DNA from: an uncultured Lachnospiraceae bacterium
GTDB taxonomy: Bacteria; Bacillota; Clostridia; Lachnospirales; Lachnospiraceae
Length of the DNA: 49,418 bases
Direction: 5' to 3'
NCBI GenBank assembly: GCA_946536955.1
Contig: CAMNFJ010000001.1
Location: forward strand, 1 to 49,418
Every line of letters starts with the position of its first letter. The stretch's first letter is position 1. Shown piece by piece: positions 9,423-19,000 of the stretch. The position numbers and the translations under genes are program-made. The notes below the pieces were generated by a model, which made no database searches, had not been told where the DNA came from, and saw only the letters and a program-made list of their open reading frames with translations.

Positions 9423-10127
9423 TCATTTTTTCGGAGAATCGACGACGTCCGAGGCCAGAATGCCGGTGATGGCGCTGACATTTTCCATCAGGAGTTCGGG
9501 GCTCAGGTTGCTGCTGGGGCGCAGGCGGACCAGGGCGCTGTAGACATAGACGCCGCTGTCATTGGCGCTGGAGACCTGCAGGGCGGTGATGGCGACGCCG
9601 CGGTCCTTGATATAGCGCAGGGCGTGGTCCAGGGACTGCTTGGACTCGTAATTGATGATGGCCCGGAATTCCGGTGTGGTCCGGATCTTCATGCCGACAT
9701 CCGCAAAGAAGGTCTCGGCGATCAGGACCAGGATGGCTCCCAGGATGCCGCCCTCGTAAAAGCCGGAGCCTATGGCCAGGCCAATGATACCGGTCGCCCA
9801 GAGGCCGGCGGCCGTCGTCAGGCCGGTGACCGTCTGCTTGCGGGTCACGACGATGGTCCCGGCGCCGATGAAGCCGAGGCCGGTGATGACCTGGGCCCCG
9901 ATCCGGGTCATGTCGGTGGGAAGGTGGGTCACCAGGTAGAGGTAATGGCCGGTCAGGGAGGCGGTGGCGGCGCCTACGCAGACCAGGATGTGGGTGCGGA
10001 AGCCGGCGGACCGGTTCTTGATCGACCGCTCGATGCCGATGCAGGCGCCGCAGGCCACGGCGATCAGCATGCGGACCAGGACGGTGAAAAAGCTGATGTC
10101 ACGGAGACTGTCAAAAAAAGGAAGCAT
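9423..10127 (-). CDS. MgtC/SapB family membrane protein with C-terminal ACT-like domain
   Basis: IGIER..AGFRTHILVCVG, RIGAQVITGLGFIGAG, GLTTAAGLW motifs. Confidence 0.92.
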   Translation of the reverse strand: MLPFFDSLRDISFFTVLVRMLIAVACGACIGIERSIKNRSAGFRTHILVCVGAATASLTGHYLYLVTHLPTDMTRIGAQVITGLGFIGAGTIVVTRKQTVTGLTTAAGLWATGIIGLAIGSGFYEGGILGAILVLIAETFFADVGMKIRTTPEFRAIINYESKQSLDHALRYIKDRGVAITALQVSSANDSGVYVYSALVRLRPSSNLSPELLMENVSAITGILASDVVDSPKK

Positions 10128-10207
10128 GTCGGTCCTCCTTGAAAATCAATTATCATGAATCGTGCAGGAAGGGGGCCGGCTGGCAGAAAAGCCGCGCCCG
10201 GAGAAGG

Positions 10208-10942
10208 TCAGGAGATCAGCTCCTGGATCAGGCGCACGCAGTCGAGCTCGGCGATCGAGGACAGCATGCCGGAGTGGGAGGGCTTTTCCCGGCTCATTTT
10301 CAGGACCAGGACGGCGCTCGGATACTTGTCCTTCTCCCGTCTGGACCGCTCGATCTCGATGTCATAGATGTGGGCCTTGCGGGAGTGGACGACCTCCGTG
10401 ATGGCGTTGAGGTCCTCCAGGGCATTGAACTCCACGAAGATCGTGATGTTGCGCAGCCGCCTCTTGAAGGCGGGCTCAAGCGGCCACATCACATCCAGGA
10501 CCAGGACCAGGATGATCAGGACCACGGCGACGCACTCGTAGAAGCCCGCGCCGGCGGCCATGCCCATGCAGACCGAGGCGAAGAGGCCCGAGGCCGTGGA
10601 CAGGCCCGAGACCTGCTGGTGGCCGATGGAGATGATGGTCCCGGCAGCCAGAAAGCCCACACCGCTGATGACCTGGGCGGAGTAGCGGGAGCCGTCAAAC
10701 TTGAGGCCGACCTCTTCGACGACCGAGGCCCAGGGCCCGCAGAGCATCTCGTACTCATAGGTCGCCAGAAGCACGGTCAGGGCGGCGCCGATGCTGGTCA
10801 GGATGAAGGTCCTCAGCCCCGCGGACCGCTGCTTTCTGGCGCGGCCGTAACCGATGACGGTGCCCGACAAAAAGGCCAGCAGGAGACGGAGGATGACCGA
10901 ACTGAAGTTGAAATCCTTCAGGTGGAGCAGCATATTTTGCAT
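10208..10942 (-). CDS. MgtC/SapB family membrane protein, divergent paralog
   Basis: AGLRTFILTSIG, RYSAQVISGVGFLAAG, GLSTASGLF; start could be 10933. Confidence 0.9.
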   Translation of the reverse strand: MQNMLLHLKDFNFSSVILRLLLAFLSGTVIGYGRARKQRSAGLRTFILTSIGAALTVLLATYEYEMLCGPWASVVEEVGLKFDGSRYSAQVISGVGFLAAGTIISIGHQQVSGLSTASGLFASVCMGMAAGAGFYECVAVVLIILVLVLDVMWPLEPAFKRRLRNITIFVEFNALEDLNAITEVVHSRKAHIYDIEIERSRREKDKYPSAVLVLKMSREKPSHSGMLSSIAELDCVRLIQELIS

Positions 10943-11137
10943 TTTTATTCTCCAAAAATGAATTCTGTCAGTGTTTGGACGGTTTCAGAAAAAGGGAATG
11001 GCATAAAAGGATCGCAGTTTAAGCCCTGCAGTGACGGTGAAACGTAAAAAGAAACCACGGTATAAGTGTGTGGTGAAGGTGAAACGCACAAAAAGTTATA
11101 ATAGAATTAACATTGGAATAACTTTTTGATAACATAT

Positions 11138-11166
11138 ATTATAGACAAGGATAAAGCTGACCGCAA
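11138..11166 (-). promoter_or_regulatory. Putative promoter of the mgtC-mgtC-PHP operon
   Basis: Minus strand TTGCGG-17 bp-TATAAT; 11-bp perfect inverted repeat just downstream (11089-11099 / 11118-11128). Confidence 0.5.
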
Positions 11167-11243
11167 GAGGTGAAAAAAGCGATTCGCTGCATAGGCGGAA
11201 ATGATGGGTTTTTTCGCGGAAGACCGCTCAAAAACGCTCGAAT

Positions 11244-11780
11244 ATGGAGGCTGTGAGAAATACAGAAATGAGAACACTGGGTTTTGATAACAATGTATAT
11301 GATGCTGGAAACGGATGGATCTTCCGCAGGATCTCCGCGATCACCATGCCGGGCCTGATCCTGGCCGTGCTGGAGATTGCCCTGATCAATACCGGGATCC
11401 TGAATGTCAGCGCGGTCCCGCCGCTTGTCCTGAGGCTGATCGGCCTGGTCACGATGGTCTATGTCATTCCCTCGGTATTCGCCTTTCCGACGGCCTGGTT
11501 CCTGTCTTCGGGGCGGACCAGGCTCTACAGGGAGAGTTCGATCGACCTCTACAGAAAGAAGCTGGTCTATCATAAGGCGGTCTCCATGACAATGGGAAAA
11601 CCGCGCTATACCGTCTATTCCGTGACGCAGCTGCGCACGGTAGAGGTAAAGCGCGGGTATTATATCCTTCATGGGACTGTCGTCAACGAGACAGCGGGCG
11701 GAACAGGCGGGGAGCTGACGATCCCGGTCGCCTTTGAAAATATGGAGCTGATCCGGGAGATGGCCAGATACAGGGCCTGA
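11244..11780 (+). CDS. Hypothetical membrane protein (2 TM helices + C-terminal soluble domain)
   Basis: Two hydrophobic segments then a beta-rich tail; start uncertain (11244 or 11268). Confidence 0.7.
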   Translation: MEAVRNTEMRTLGFDNNVYDAGNGWIFRRISAITMPGLILAVLEIALINTGILNVSAVPPLVLRLIGLVTMVYVIPSVFAFPTAWFLSSGRTRLYRESSIDLYRKKLVYHKAVSMTMGKPRYTVYSVTQLRTVEVKRGYYILHGTVVNETAGGTGGELTIPVAFENMELIREMARYRA

Positions 11781-11789
11781 CACTCTTCC

Positions 11790-12083
11790 TTTTTCACTCT
11801 TTCCGACAATGCCGCTCGTAAGAGCGGCACTGCGAGGAGAAATTCGCGGAGGCGATTTCTCCGACGCAATCACAGGTGCCTGGGCCCGCGGCACAGGCAC
11901 CGGAGTGAAAAAAACGCTATCGAGCGTTTTTTTCACTCTTCCGACCATGCCGGAGCACGAAGTGCGCAGGCATCGCAAAAGAGAAATTCGTGAAGACGAT
12001 TTCTCTTTTGCATCAGATGGAGGTTTGTGCTCCGTCACAAACCTCCGGAGTGAAAAATCCTGTATCGACAGGATTTTTCACTC
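11790..12083 (-). repeat. Modular palindromic repeat, copy 1 (R-A-R-B-half R on the minus strand)
   Basis: 36-bp palindromes at 11903-11938 and 12048-12083, half-site 11790-11799; reverse complement closely matches 27108-27429. Confidence 0.92.
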
Positions 12084-12578
12084 TTTCAACCTGGTCATGG
12101 CCCAGTAGGCGCCCATGGTCTGATTGTGGTCGGCGGTCACATCGCGGCAGAGGTAGCCGACCAGTCCGACGGCGGCCGGATCCCAGGCGAGGGCCTCTTC
12201 CTCTGACTGGTATTCCACTTCGGCGTACATGAATTCTGTCGCCATGCCCTCATCGACCAGATTGACCTCCAGATGGAGCCCGTCGGGCAGCTGGTAGACC
12301 CGCCTGGTCTTGGGGATGAGGGGGATCCCGATCAGGTCCTCCAGCTCATCGAACTTGTCCTTTGAGACGGAAATTTCAATCTCCTTGCGGGACAGGGTCC
12401 CGGAGGATTTGAAGCAGAGGACATAGTCGGTGGGGCCTCCCTTTACGGCCTCTTCCCGGATCCGGACGGTGGGACTCAGGGCGATATAGCCCTGCCGCAT
12501 GTACTCCTCCCGGAGCAGGGACAGGCCGGCGGATTCCTCCGGCCAGTCATTGACAAGCCATTTGCGCTCTATTTCCAT
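12078..12578 (-). CDS. CYTH-domain (triphosphate tunnel metalloenzyme) protein
   Basis: N-terminal MEIERKW, RQGYI, VRIR, RKEIE, KTRR, YAEVEY motifs; AAGGAGG RBS. Confidence 0.9.
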   Translation of the reverse strand: MEIERKWLVNDWPEESAGLSLLREEYMRQGYIALSPTVRIREEAVKGGPTDYVLCFKSSGTLSRKEIEISVSKDKFDELEDLIGIPLIPKTRRVYQLPDGLHLEVNLVDEGMATEFMYAEVEYQSEEEALAWDPAAVGLVGYLCRDVTADHNQTMGAYWAMTRLKE

Positions 12579-12752
12579 GAAAAGACCTCCTTGAGCATGC
12601 CCTGCCGCGGAGCAGAGGCAGAATGAGTACGTGAAAATTGAGTATGTAAAAACCGGATATGGGAAAACGGGTATGTAAAAAGCAGGGTGACGACGGGAGA
12701 ACAGATCCCGGGCCCGCCCAGCTTATGATTATAGCATTGCAGACGGCCGGAT

Positions 12753-12819
12753 GCAAAACCCGGGGCTGACGGCGCGCAACGTTACATGTTCACGCCCTTC
12801 GAGGGGGCGTGTACAGTAA
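12753..12819. repeat. Partial inverted copy of the GTTAC...GTAAC palindromic repeat
   Basis: GCAAAACCCG..ACGGCG CGCAACGTTACATGTTCACGCCC..GGGCGTGTACAGTAA matches the reverse complement of about 3364-3465 minus one internal hairpin. Confidence 0.7.
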
Positions 12820-12833
12820 GGAATTTGCCATTT

Positions 12834-13712
12834 ATGAATACTGGAAGGACAAAAAAGCAGAAACAGACCGGCGCCCGGAGCAGGAGGCTGGAGACCCTGG
12901 ACCTGATCCGGGGGCTCACCCTGGTCAGCATGATCCTTTATCACGGGATGTGGGACTTTGTCTATCTGACGAAGACGGGGGCCGGCCTGCCCGGACTCAG
13001 GGACTGGTACGCGGGTCCCCAAGGCTTTTTCTGGCAGCAGACCATCTGCTGGTCCTTTATCCTGCTCTCGGGATTCTGCGTCCCGTTCTCGCGGCGGATC
13101 CTGCGCAGGGGGCTGCAGGTCACGGGCGCGGGGCTGGTCGTCACCGCCGTGACCCTCCTGTTTATGTATGAGGAGCGGGTCCTGTTCGGGGTCCTGACCT
13201 TTCTGGGCGCGGCCATGCTCCTGACCGGGGCCGTCCGGAGGCTCTGTTCCGGGTCGTGGGAAAAGCCCCTGAGCCTGAGCGGGGGGGCGGCAGCGGCCGT
13301 CCTGGTCCTGAGCGCGGTCCTCTTTTACGTGACCCGCTGGATCAACCAGGGGGTTTTACAGCTGGGGCCGGGCCTCCAGGCCGGACTTCCGGGCTTTCTC
13401 TATACGGAGGGACCCGCCGGCTGGATCCTCACGGGGCTGGGCTTTCCCATGAAGGGCTTTTTTTCAACGGACTATTTTTCCCTGGTCCCCTGGATCTTTC
13501 TCTTCTGGACCGGAACCTTTCTGCATTATGTGGTGCGGGGCGGTGTGGAGCCTGACCCGGCAGGGACCGGCGCGGGAAGTTTTTCCCCTGTTTTTTCCCA
13601 TCCCTTTTTCCATCAGAAGATCGGCCCCCTCAACTGGATGGGAGAGCACTCCCTGCTGGTCTACCTGATCCACCAGCCCCTGCTGTATCTGGTCATCACA
13701 TTCCTTTTCTGA
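12834..13712 (+). CDS. DUF1624 / heparan-alpha-glucosaminide N-acetyltransferase-like membrane protein
   Basis: LDLIRGLTLVSMILYH, FILLSG, FGVLTFLG, STDYFSLVPW, GEHSLLVYLIHQP; start uncertain. Confidence 0.85.
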   Translation: MNTGRTKKQKQTGARSRRLETLDLIRGLTLVSMILYHGMWDFVYLTKTGAGLPGLRDWYAGPQGFFWQQTICWSFILLSGFCVPFSRRILRRGLQVTGAGLVVTAVTLLFMYEERVLFGVLTFLGAAMLLTGAVRRLCSGSWEKPLSLSGGAAAAVLVLSAVLFYVTRWINQGVLQLGPGLQAGLPGFLYTEGPAGWILTGLGFPMKGFFSTDYFSLVPWIFLFWTGTFLHYVVRGGVEPDPAGTGAGSFSPVFSHPFFHQKIGPLNWMGEHSLLVYLIHQPLLYLVITFLF

Positions 13713-13715
13713 ATC

Positions 13716-13880
13716 CGGTCAGAAATGTCCGCAGGACCGGTTTTCCGGGACGGGATCAGAAATGTCCGCAGGACCGGTTCTCCGGGACGGGATCAGAAAT
13801 GTCCGCAGGACCCGCTTTCTGAGAAGGGATGAATACTGTCCGCAAGACCCGTTTTCCGGCACCGAATCAAAAATGTTCAG
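13716..13880. repeat. 37-bp tandem repeat, about 4.5 degenerating copies
   Basis: TCAGAAATGTCCGCAGGACC core at 13719, 13756, 13793, degenerate at 13830 and 13867. Confidence 0.9.
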
Positions 13881-13890
13881 GAGGTGGGGA

Positions 13891-14898
13891 ATGAAGGCAT
13901 TTGTAAAAAAATGGAAGGGCCGGATCAAAAGAAGGCTGCCCGCCCTGGGTGTGCTCTTTCTGACCGTCCTATTGATCTGGCTGGCATTCGGAAAGAGCTT
14001 CAGGAGCCTGCTGCCCCTGATCCGCGAGGGGAACCGGGACGCGATCGTCACCTATCTGTCCGGCGAGGATGCCGTCATGGGGATGGTCAGCGTCGTCCTG
14101 CTCTCGGCCATCCAGGTCGTGAGCATCATCATGCCCTGTATGGCCATCCACATTGCGGCCGGGGTCCTCTACAACTGGTACAAGGCCTTTTTCCTGTGTT
14201 TTACGGGCTTTGTCGGCGGCAATATGGCGGTCTTCTGGTTTGTGCGTCATCTGGGCAAGAAGACTCCCTACAATGTTAAGCTTGGGTCGGTCGGCACGAA
14301 GATCTTTGAGGTCCTGAGTGTCACCCCGCCCATGTTCATGGTCAGTGTGGCCTTTATGATCCCGGGAGTCCCCAACGGGATCGTCCCCTACATCGCCGCC
14401 AAGACCAGGATGACCCAGAAGGAATATTTTATCAGTACTTCGGTCGGCTGCTGGATGCAGATCCTGGCCTCCTGTATGGCCGGGAGCTTTCTGATCCGCG
14501 GCAATATCATGTTCAGTGTCATCGCGATCTGTGTCCAGTGGCTGATCCTGGGACTCGTCATCGTCCAGAGAAACTGGATCATGGACTTTTTCCGGCCGCC
14601 GGCAGAGGCGGCCGGGCACTCCGAGGGCCCTGCCCTTTCCGAATTTTTCGAGATCACGGAGGAAGAGGATCCTGAGGAGACGGAGGAAGGGGCTGAGGAG
14701 GCTCCCGCGGACGCGGACGGAAAGGATCCTGAGGAGAAGCAGGAGAGGGCTGAGGAGGCTCCCGCGGACGCGGACGGAAAGGATCCTGAGGAGACGCAGG
14801 AGAAGACAGCGGAGTCTCCCACGGACGGGAAGGATCCGTCAGAGCAAAGTGCGGCAGAGGCCGGAGGGCCGGAAGACAATGACAGGACCAGTGCCTGA
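13891..14898 (+). CDS. VTT-domain (TVP38/TMEM64/DedA-like) membrane protein with acidic repeat tail
   Basis: IQVVSIIMP..AAGVLY, IPGVPNGIVPYIAA pattern; AGGAGGTG RBS before ATG 13891; C-terminal DPEE..EEAPADADGK repeats. Confidence 0.8.
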   Translation: MKAFVKKWKGRIKRRLPALGVLFLTVLLIWLAFGKSFRSLLPLIREGNRDAIVTYLSGEDAVMGMVSVVLLSAIQVVSIIMPCMAIHIAAGVLYNWYKAFFLCFTGFVGGNMAVFWFVRHLGKKTPYNVKLGSVGTKIFEVLSVTPPMFMVSVAFMIPGVPNGIVPYIAAKTRMTQKEYFISTSVGCWMQILASCMAGSFLIRGNIMFSVIAICVQWLILGLVIVQRNWIMDFFRPPAEAAGHSEGPALSEFFEITEEEDPEETEEGAEEAPADADGKDPEEKQERAEEAPADADGKDPEETQEKTAESPTDGKDPSEQSAAEAGGPEDNDRTSA

Positions 14899-14967
14899 GG
14901 GGGCGAAGACTGCCCGCGCAGGATAACCGGCACAGGGAAATCCGCGGGACCGGAGGATTTTGTGCGT

Positions 14968-14993
14968 GCATTTTCATTGAAAATGCGTATAAT
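14968..14993 (+). promoter_or_regulatory. Palindromic operator abutting the -10 box upstream of the TetR gene
   Basis: GCATTTTCA-T-TGAAAATGC (14968-14986) followed by TATAAT (14988-14993). Confidence 0.55.
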
Positions 14994-15145
14994 AATAGGA
15001 AGTGAAAAAACGGTGAGCTATAACTAACCTGGACGGCCGGAGCAAACGCCAGCCTGCGCTGAGCCCTGCGGGACATCCCGCATGAGAGCACTTTTGCAGA
15101 TCACGGAGAACTATGTGACGGCTCCGCATATGGAGGTTGTATTGC

Positions 15146-15721
15146 TTGGAGGACAAAAGAGATATTGAAAAGGCCCTTGCGCGAAGCCTGAAAAAGCTCG
15201 TCATCAGCAACCCTTTTGAAAAGATCACGATCAAACAGATCGCGGACGGCGCGGGCGTGATCAGGGTGACATTTTACAATCATTTTCAGGATAAATATGA
15301 TCTGCTGGCCTGGATCGTGCGCCGCGAGATCCTGGATCCGGTGAGGATTCTGATCTCCAACCGTATGTACAGGGAGACCCTGATCCTGATCTTCAACAAC
15401 CTGCTCAGGGACCGGGACTTTTATATGAAGGCGGCGCGGATCGAAGGGCAGAATTCCTTTTCGGAGATCGTGACCGAGAGCGCCAGGAGCCTGCTCCTGG
15501 ATATTTTTCTCGAGCGCGGGATCAAAAACGCAAGCGGAGAGCACGCCTGGATGACGGCGGAGAATCTGGCCAGGTATTATGGCAACTCCATGAGCTATAT
15601 CCTGCTGGAATGGATCAGGAACGGCATGGAGATCCCGGCCGAGGAGATGGCCCTGATCTTTGAATTCATCACGACCCGGTCCATGTGGGACGTACTGGAC
15701 GAACCCGATGGCCATATCTGA
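15146..15721 (+). CDS. TetR/AcrR family regulator (DhaS-like)
   Basis: FEKITIKQIADGAGVIRVTFYNHFQDKYDLL helix-turn-helix; TTG start 9 nt after GGAGG. Confidence 0.92.
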   Translation: MEDKRDIEKALARSLKKLVISNPFEKITIKQIADGAGVIRVTFYNHFQDKYDLLAWIVRREILDPVRILISNRMYRETLILIFNNLLRDRDFYMKAARIEGQNSFSEIVTESARSLLLDIFLERGIKNASGEHAWMTAENLARYYGNSMSYILLEWIRNGMEIPAEEMALIFEFITTRSMWDVLDEPDGHI

Positions 15722-15881
15722 GGGACCATTTTCTTACAGCTCAGACCCAGGCAGGGCGTGGACCGCAGCACCGCTTCTATTCACAGCCTGAAGTGGTTAC
15801 AGCTCTTAAGGAACTGTGTGCACTGACGATGGAAGGCCCGGTATACAAAAACAGAGATTTGTATATGGACATGAAACATGG

Positions 15882-15921
15882 AAAGTGGATTGGATATTTT
15901 CATATCCGGTCCGCTTTTTTT
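15882..15921 (+). terminator. Intrinsic terminator after the TetR gene
   Basis: AAAGTGGATTGGATAT / ATATCCGGTCCGCTTT stem followed by T-run. Confidence 0.7.
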
Positions 15922-16089
15922 ATTATAGAGACCGCGGAAAGCAGAAGACCTCCGCTGCGCGGGCGGCGGGTGTTTTTTAAAAAAGAGATCCTTCGATCGA
16001 GCGAAGCTCTGCGGATGCCTTTTTTTGCGGAAGGCCTGCAGGGGAGCGCTGATAGAAGAGGATATAAAAGAAAGAAGAGGTCGGAGAAG

Positions 16090-19000
16090 ATGAAGAGAAA
16101 GCAGTTTCTGGCACTGATGCTGACGGTCGCGGTCCTGGCCGGCACAAACACGACGGCGGTGACATCGCTGGCGGCCGAGCGCGCAGCTTCGCTGGCATGG
16201 GGGAGCCCCCGGTCCGGGGCGGCCCTGGATCTGAGAGGGACAGAGGGGCCGGAGACAGCTCCGGGCGCCGCGGCAGAGGACGAATCGGACGCGCTGGAAA
16301 AGGCGATCGCGGACACCGTGGGGAAGATCTCGACGGGGGCCTCCAAGGAGGAGACGGTCTATGTCTTTACGGATGCCTACGGGACCCAGAGAGATATCAC
16401 GGTCTCCAACTGGCTCAAAAACCCGGAGGGGAAGGACAAGCTGGAGGACTATTCCGACCTGCAGGATATCGAGAATGTCAAGGGCGACGAGACCTTTGAC
16501 AAGAACAGCGACGGCATCGTCTGGAATGCCGGCGGAAATGACATCTACTATCAGGGCAAGACCAGCCGCCAGCCTCCCGTCTCGGAAAAGATCACCTATT
16601 ACCTGGACGGCAAGGAAATCGCCGCGGACCAGCTGGCCGGTAAGAGCGGAAAGGTAAAGATCCGCATCGACTACACCAACAATGTGAAGTACAAGGATGT
16701 CTATGTCCCCTTCGCAGCGGTCACAGGCATGGCCTTTTCCAATGATACGGCCAAAAACATCAAGGTCGACAACGGGTCGGTCGTCACCGAGGGCAAGAAC
16801 ACCATGATCGTCGGCATGGCCTTCCCGGGCCTGGAGGACAGTCTGAAGACGGTCCGCGGCCAGTCCAAGGAGATCATCGACAAGGCCGGTGGCATGGAAC
16901 TGGACGAGGACAAGACAGACGCCGAAAAGGAGGCCGACAGCCTGGACCGGGAGGACGCCAAGAACCGGATCGATGACCTGGACATCCCCGGCAGCGTCGA
17001 GGTCACCATGGACGCGACCAATTTCAAGATGAGCACCTGCCTGACCATGGTCTTCTCCAACCTCTTTGAAATGGATGAGGAGGACGAGGCGGACTTCGAC
17101 GAGGACCACAAGGATGCCTTCACGGATATGGATGAGGCAGTTGTGGACGTCGAGGACAAGGGCGATGAACTGACCGACGGCACCCAGGAGCTGGTGGACG
17201 GCGTTCAGGAGGCAAAGGACGGCACCGACGAGCTCTACGACGGCGTAAAGGAGCTGGCAGACGGGGTCGGGGAGTATACGGACGGCGTGGACAAGGTCGA
17301 TGACGGCGCTCAGGCCCTGGCCAAAGGCGCGAAGACCCTGACCGACAACAATGAGACCCTCAGCGGCGGCATGAAGAAGCTGGCGGACGGCGCGAAGGCG
17401 CTGGACGACGGCGCGAAGCAGCTGGAGACCGGGGCCGGCGCCCTGGCAAAGGGCGTGCAGGACTATACCGGCGGCGCGGACAAGGTGAACCAGGGCGCGC
17501 AGGACCTGGCCAAAGGAGCCGGAGACCTGACCGGCAATAACAAGGATATCCGGGACGGCTTCTCGGACCTGTCCGGCGGAGCGGGCGACCTGGCCAAGGG
17601 GGCCTCGGACCTCTCGGCGGGAGCTGCGGAGCTCAATAAAAACAATGAATTTCTGAATCAGGGGATATCCTCTTTGTCCGCCGGCATGAAGACCCTGGGG
17701 ACCGGCGCCGAGACCCTGGAGAAGGGCATGTCGGCCTTCGGCTCCAGCCTGGATATCTACACGGGGGCGGTCGCCTCCGCGAGCGACGGACTGGCCGGCG
17801 CAAAGGAGGGCGCAAAGCAGCTCAAAGACGGCGCTGCTGCCCTGGCGGACGACGAAAAGGGCGCGCCGGCCTACGTGGACGGAGTCAATGAGCTGATCGG
17901 CAGGGTCGGTTCCGTAAAGGAAAGTGTCGGTGAACTGAAGGACGGGGCCGGGCAGGTCGAAGAGGGCCTGAAGGGACTCTCCTCCAGCGTGGACGCGGTC
18001 AGCGGCGGGATCGAAGCCGTTGCCAAAGCGGCCGGCGAAGCCAAAGGTCAGGCGGATCAGGCGAAGGAGCACGCGGAGAGCGCTGCCGGCGCTGCAGGTG
18101 ACTTCATCGACGATGCGAAGTCCGCAAAGGACACGATCAAAAAGGCCGCGGACAAGGCGGACGACCTGATCAGCAAGGCCGATGAAGCCAAAAAGGCTGC
18201 AGGCGAGGCGAAGGACGCTGCCTCCTCCATGAAGACGGCCGCGGACAAGGCAGAAAAAGACGCGGCCGGAACCGGCGATGAGGCCAAAAAGCAGGCGGAC
18301 AGTGCCGCTTCCTCCGTCAAAGAGGCCAAAGACGCGGTCGAGGAGATCAGCGTGGCGGCCGACAAGTTCAAGGAGGCGGTCCCGGACAGCATCGACAAGA
18401 TCGATACGGACGGCCTTGACAAGGAGGAGGCCTCCGGAGACGTCAGCATCGACGAGGGCGCGATCAAGGACGCGGTCAAGGACGCGGCGGGAGACAAGCT
18501 CAGCGACGGTGAGATCAGCAAGATTGCCCATGCAGCCGCGGAGGAGGCAAAGGACCAGGCGAAGGAAGCCGTGTCCGATGTAAAGGACTCCCTGGATAAG
18601 GCCAACAACAAGCTGGGCGAGGCGAAGAGCAGGATCGAGTCCGCCAACGACAAGATCGGCGGCCAGAATGACGCCCTGGGCAAGCTGGATGACAAGATCG
18701 ACAGCGCAAAGAGCGGCGTCGACAGCAAGGTCGACGCGGCCAAAGACAAGCTGGACGGCGCCAAGGAGGATGCGGAAAAAGCCGGCACAAAGCTCAAGGA
18801 GGCGGGAGATTCCCTGGCCTCGGCAGCCGGTGACCTCTCCGACAAAGCCGGAACAGTGAGCGAAAAGGCAAAGACTGCCTCTGACAAGGCGGGGGCTGTG
18901 AAGACAGCCGCCGATGGCTTCAAGTCCGCCGCGGATGCCGCGGAAGACCTGTCGACCGGGGACCTGTCCTCTGCAAAAGAAAAGCTGGAGGAGGACGCCG

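Noticed and set aside
10943-11135. M-box (ykoK) riboswitch before mgtC
   Set aside because: No TAGGTGAGGCT-type conserved core recognised on the minus strand
11809-12232. Small ORFs with shared peptides (MKTISLLHQMEVCAPSQTSGVK; also 26848-27402)
   Set aside because: Translations of the palindromic repeat, not a protein family
15685-16089. 135-aa N-terminal extension of the 1473-aa ORF
   Set aside because: Overlaps TetR, spans a terminator, and the signal peptide begins at ATG 16090
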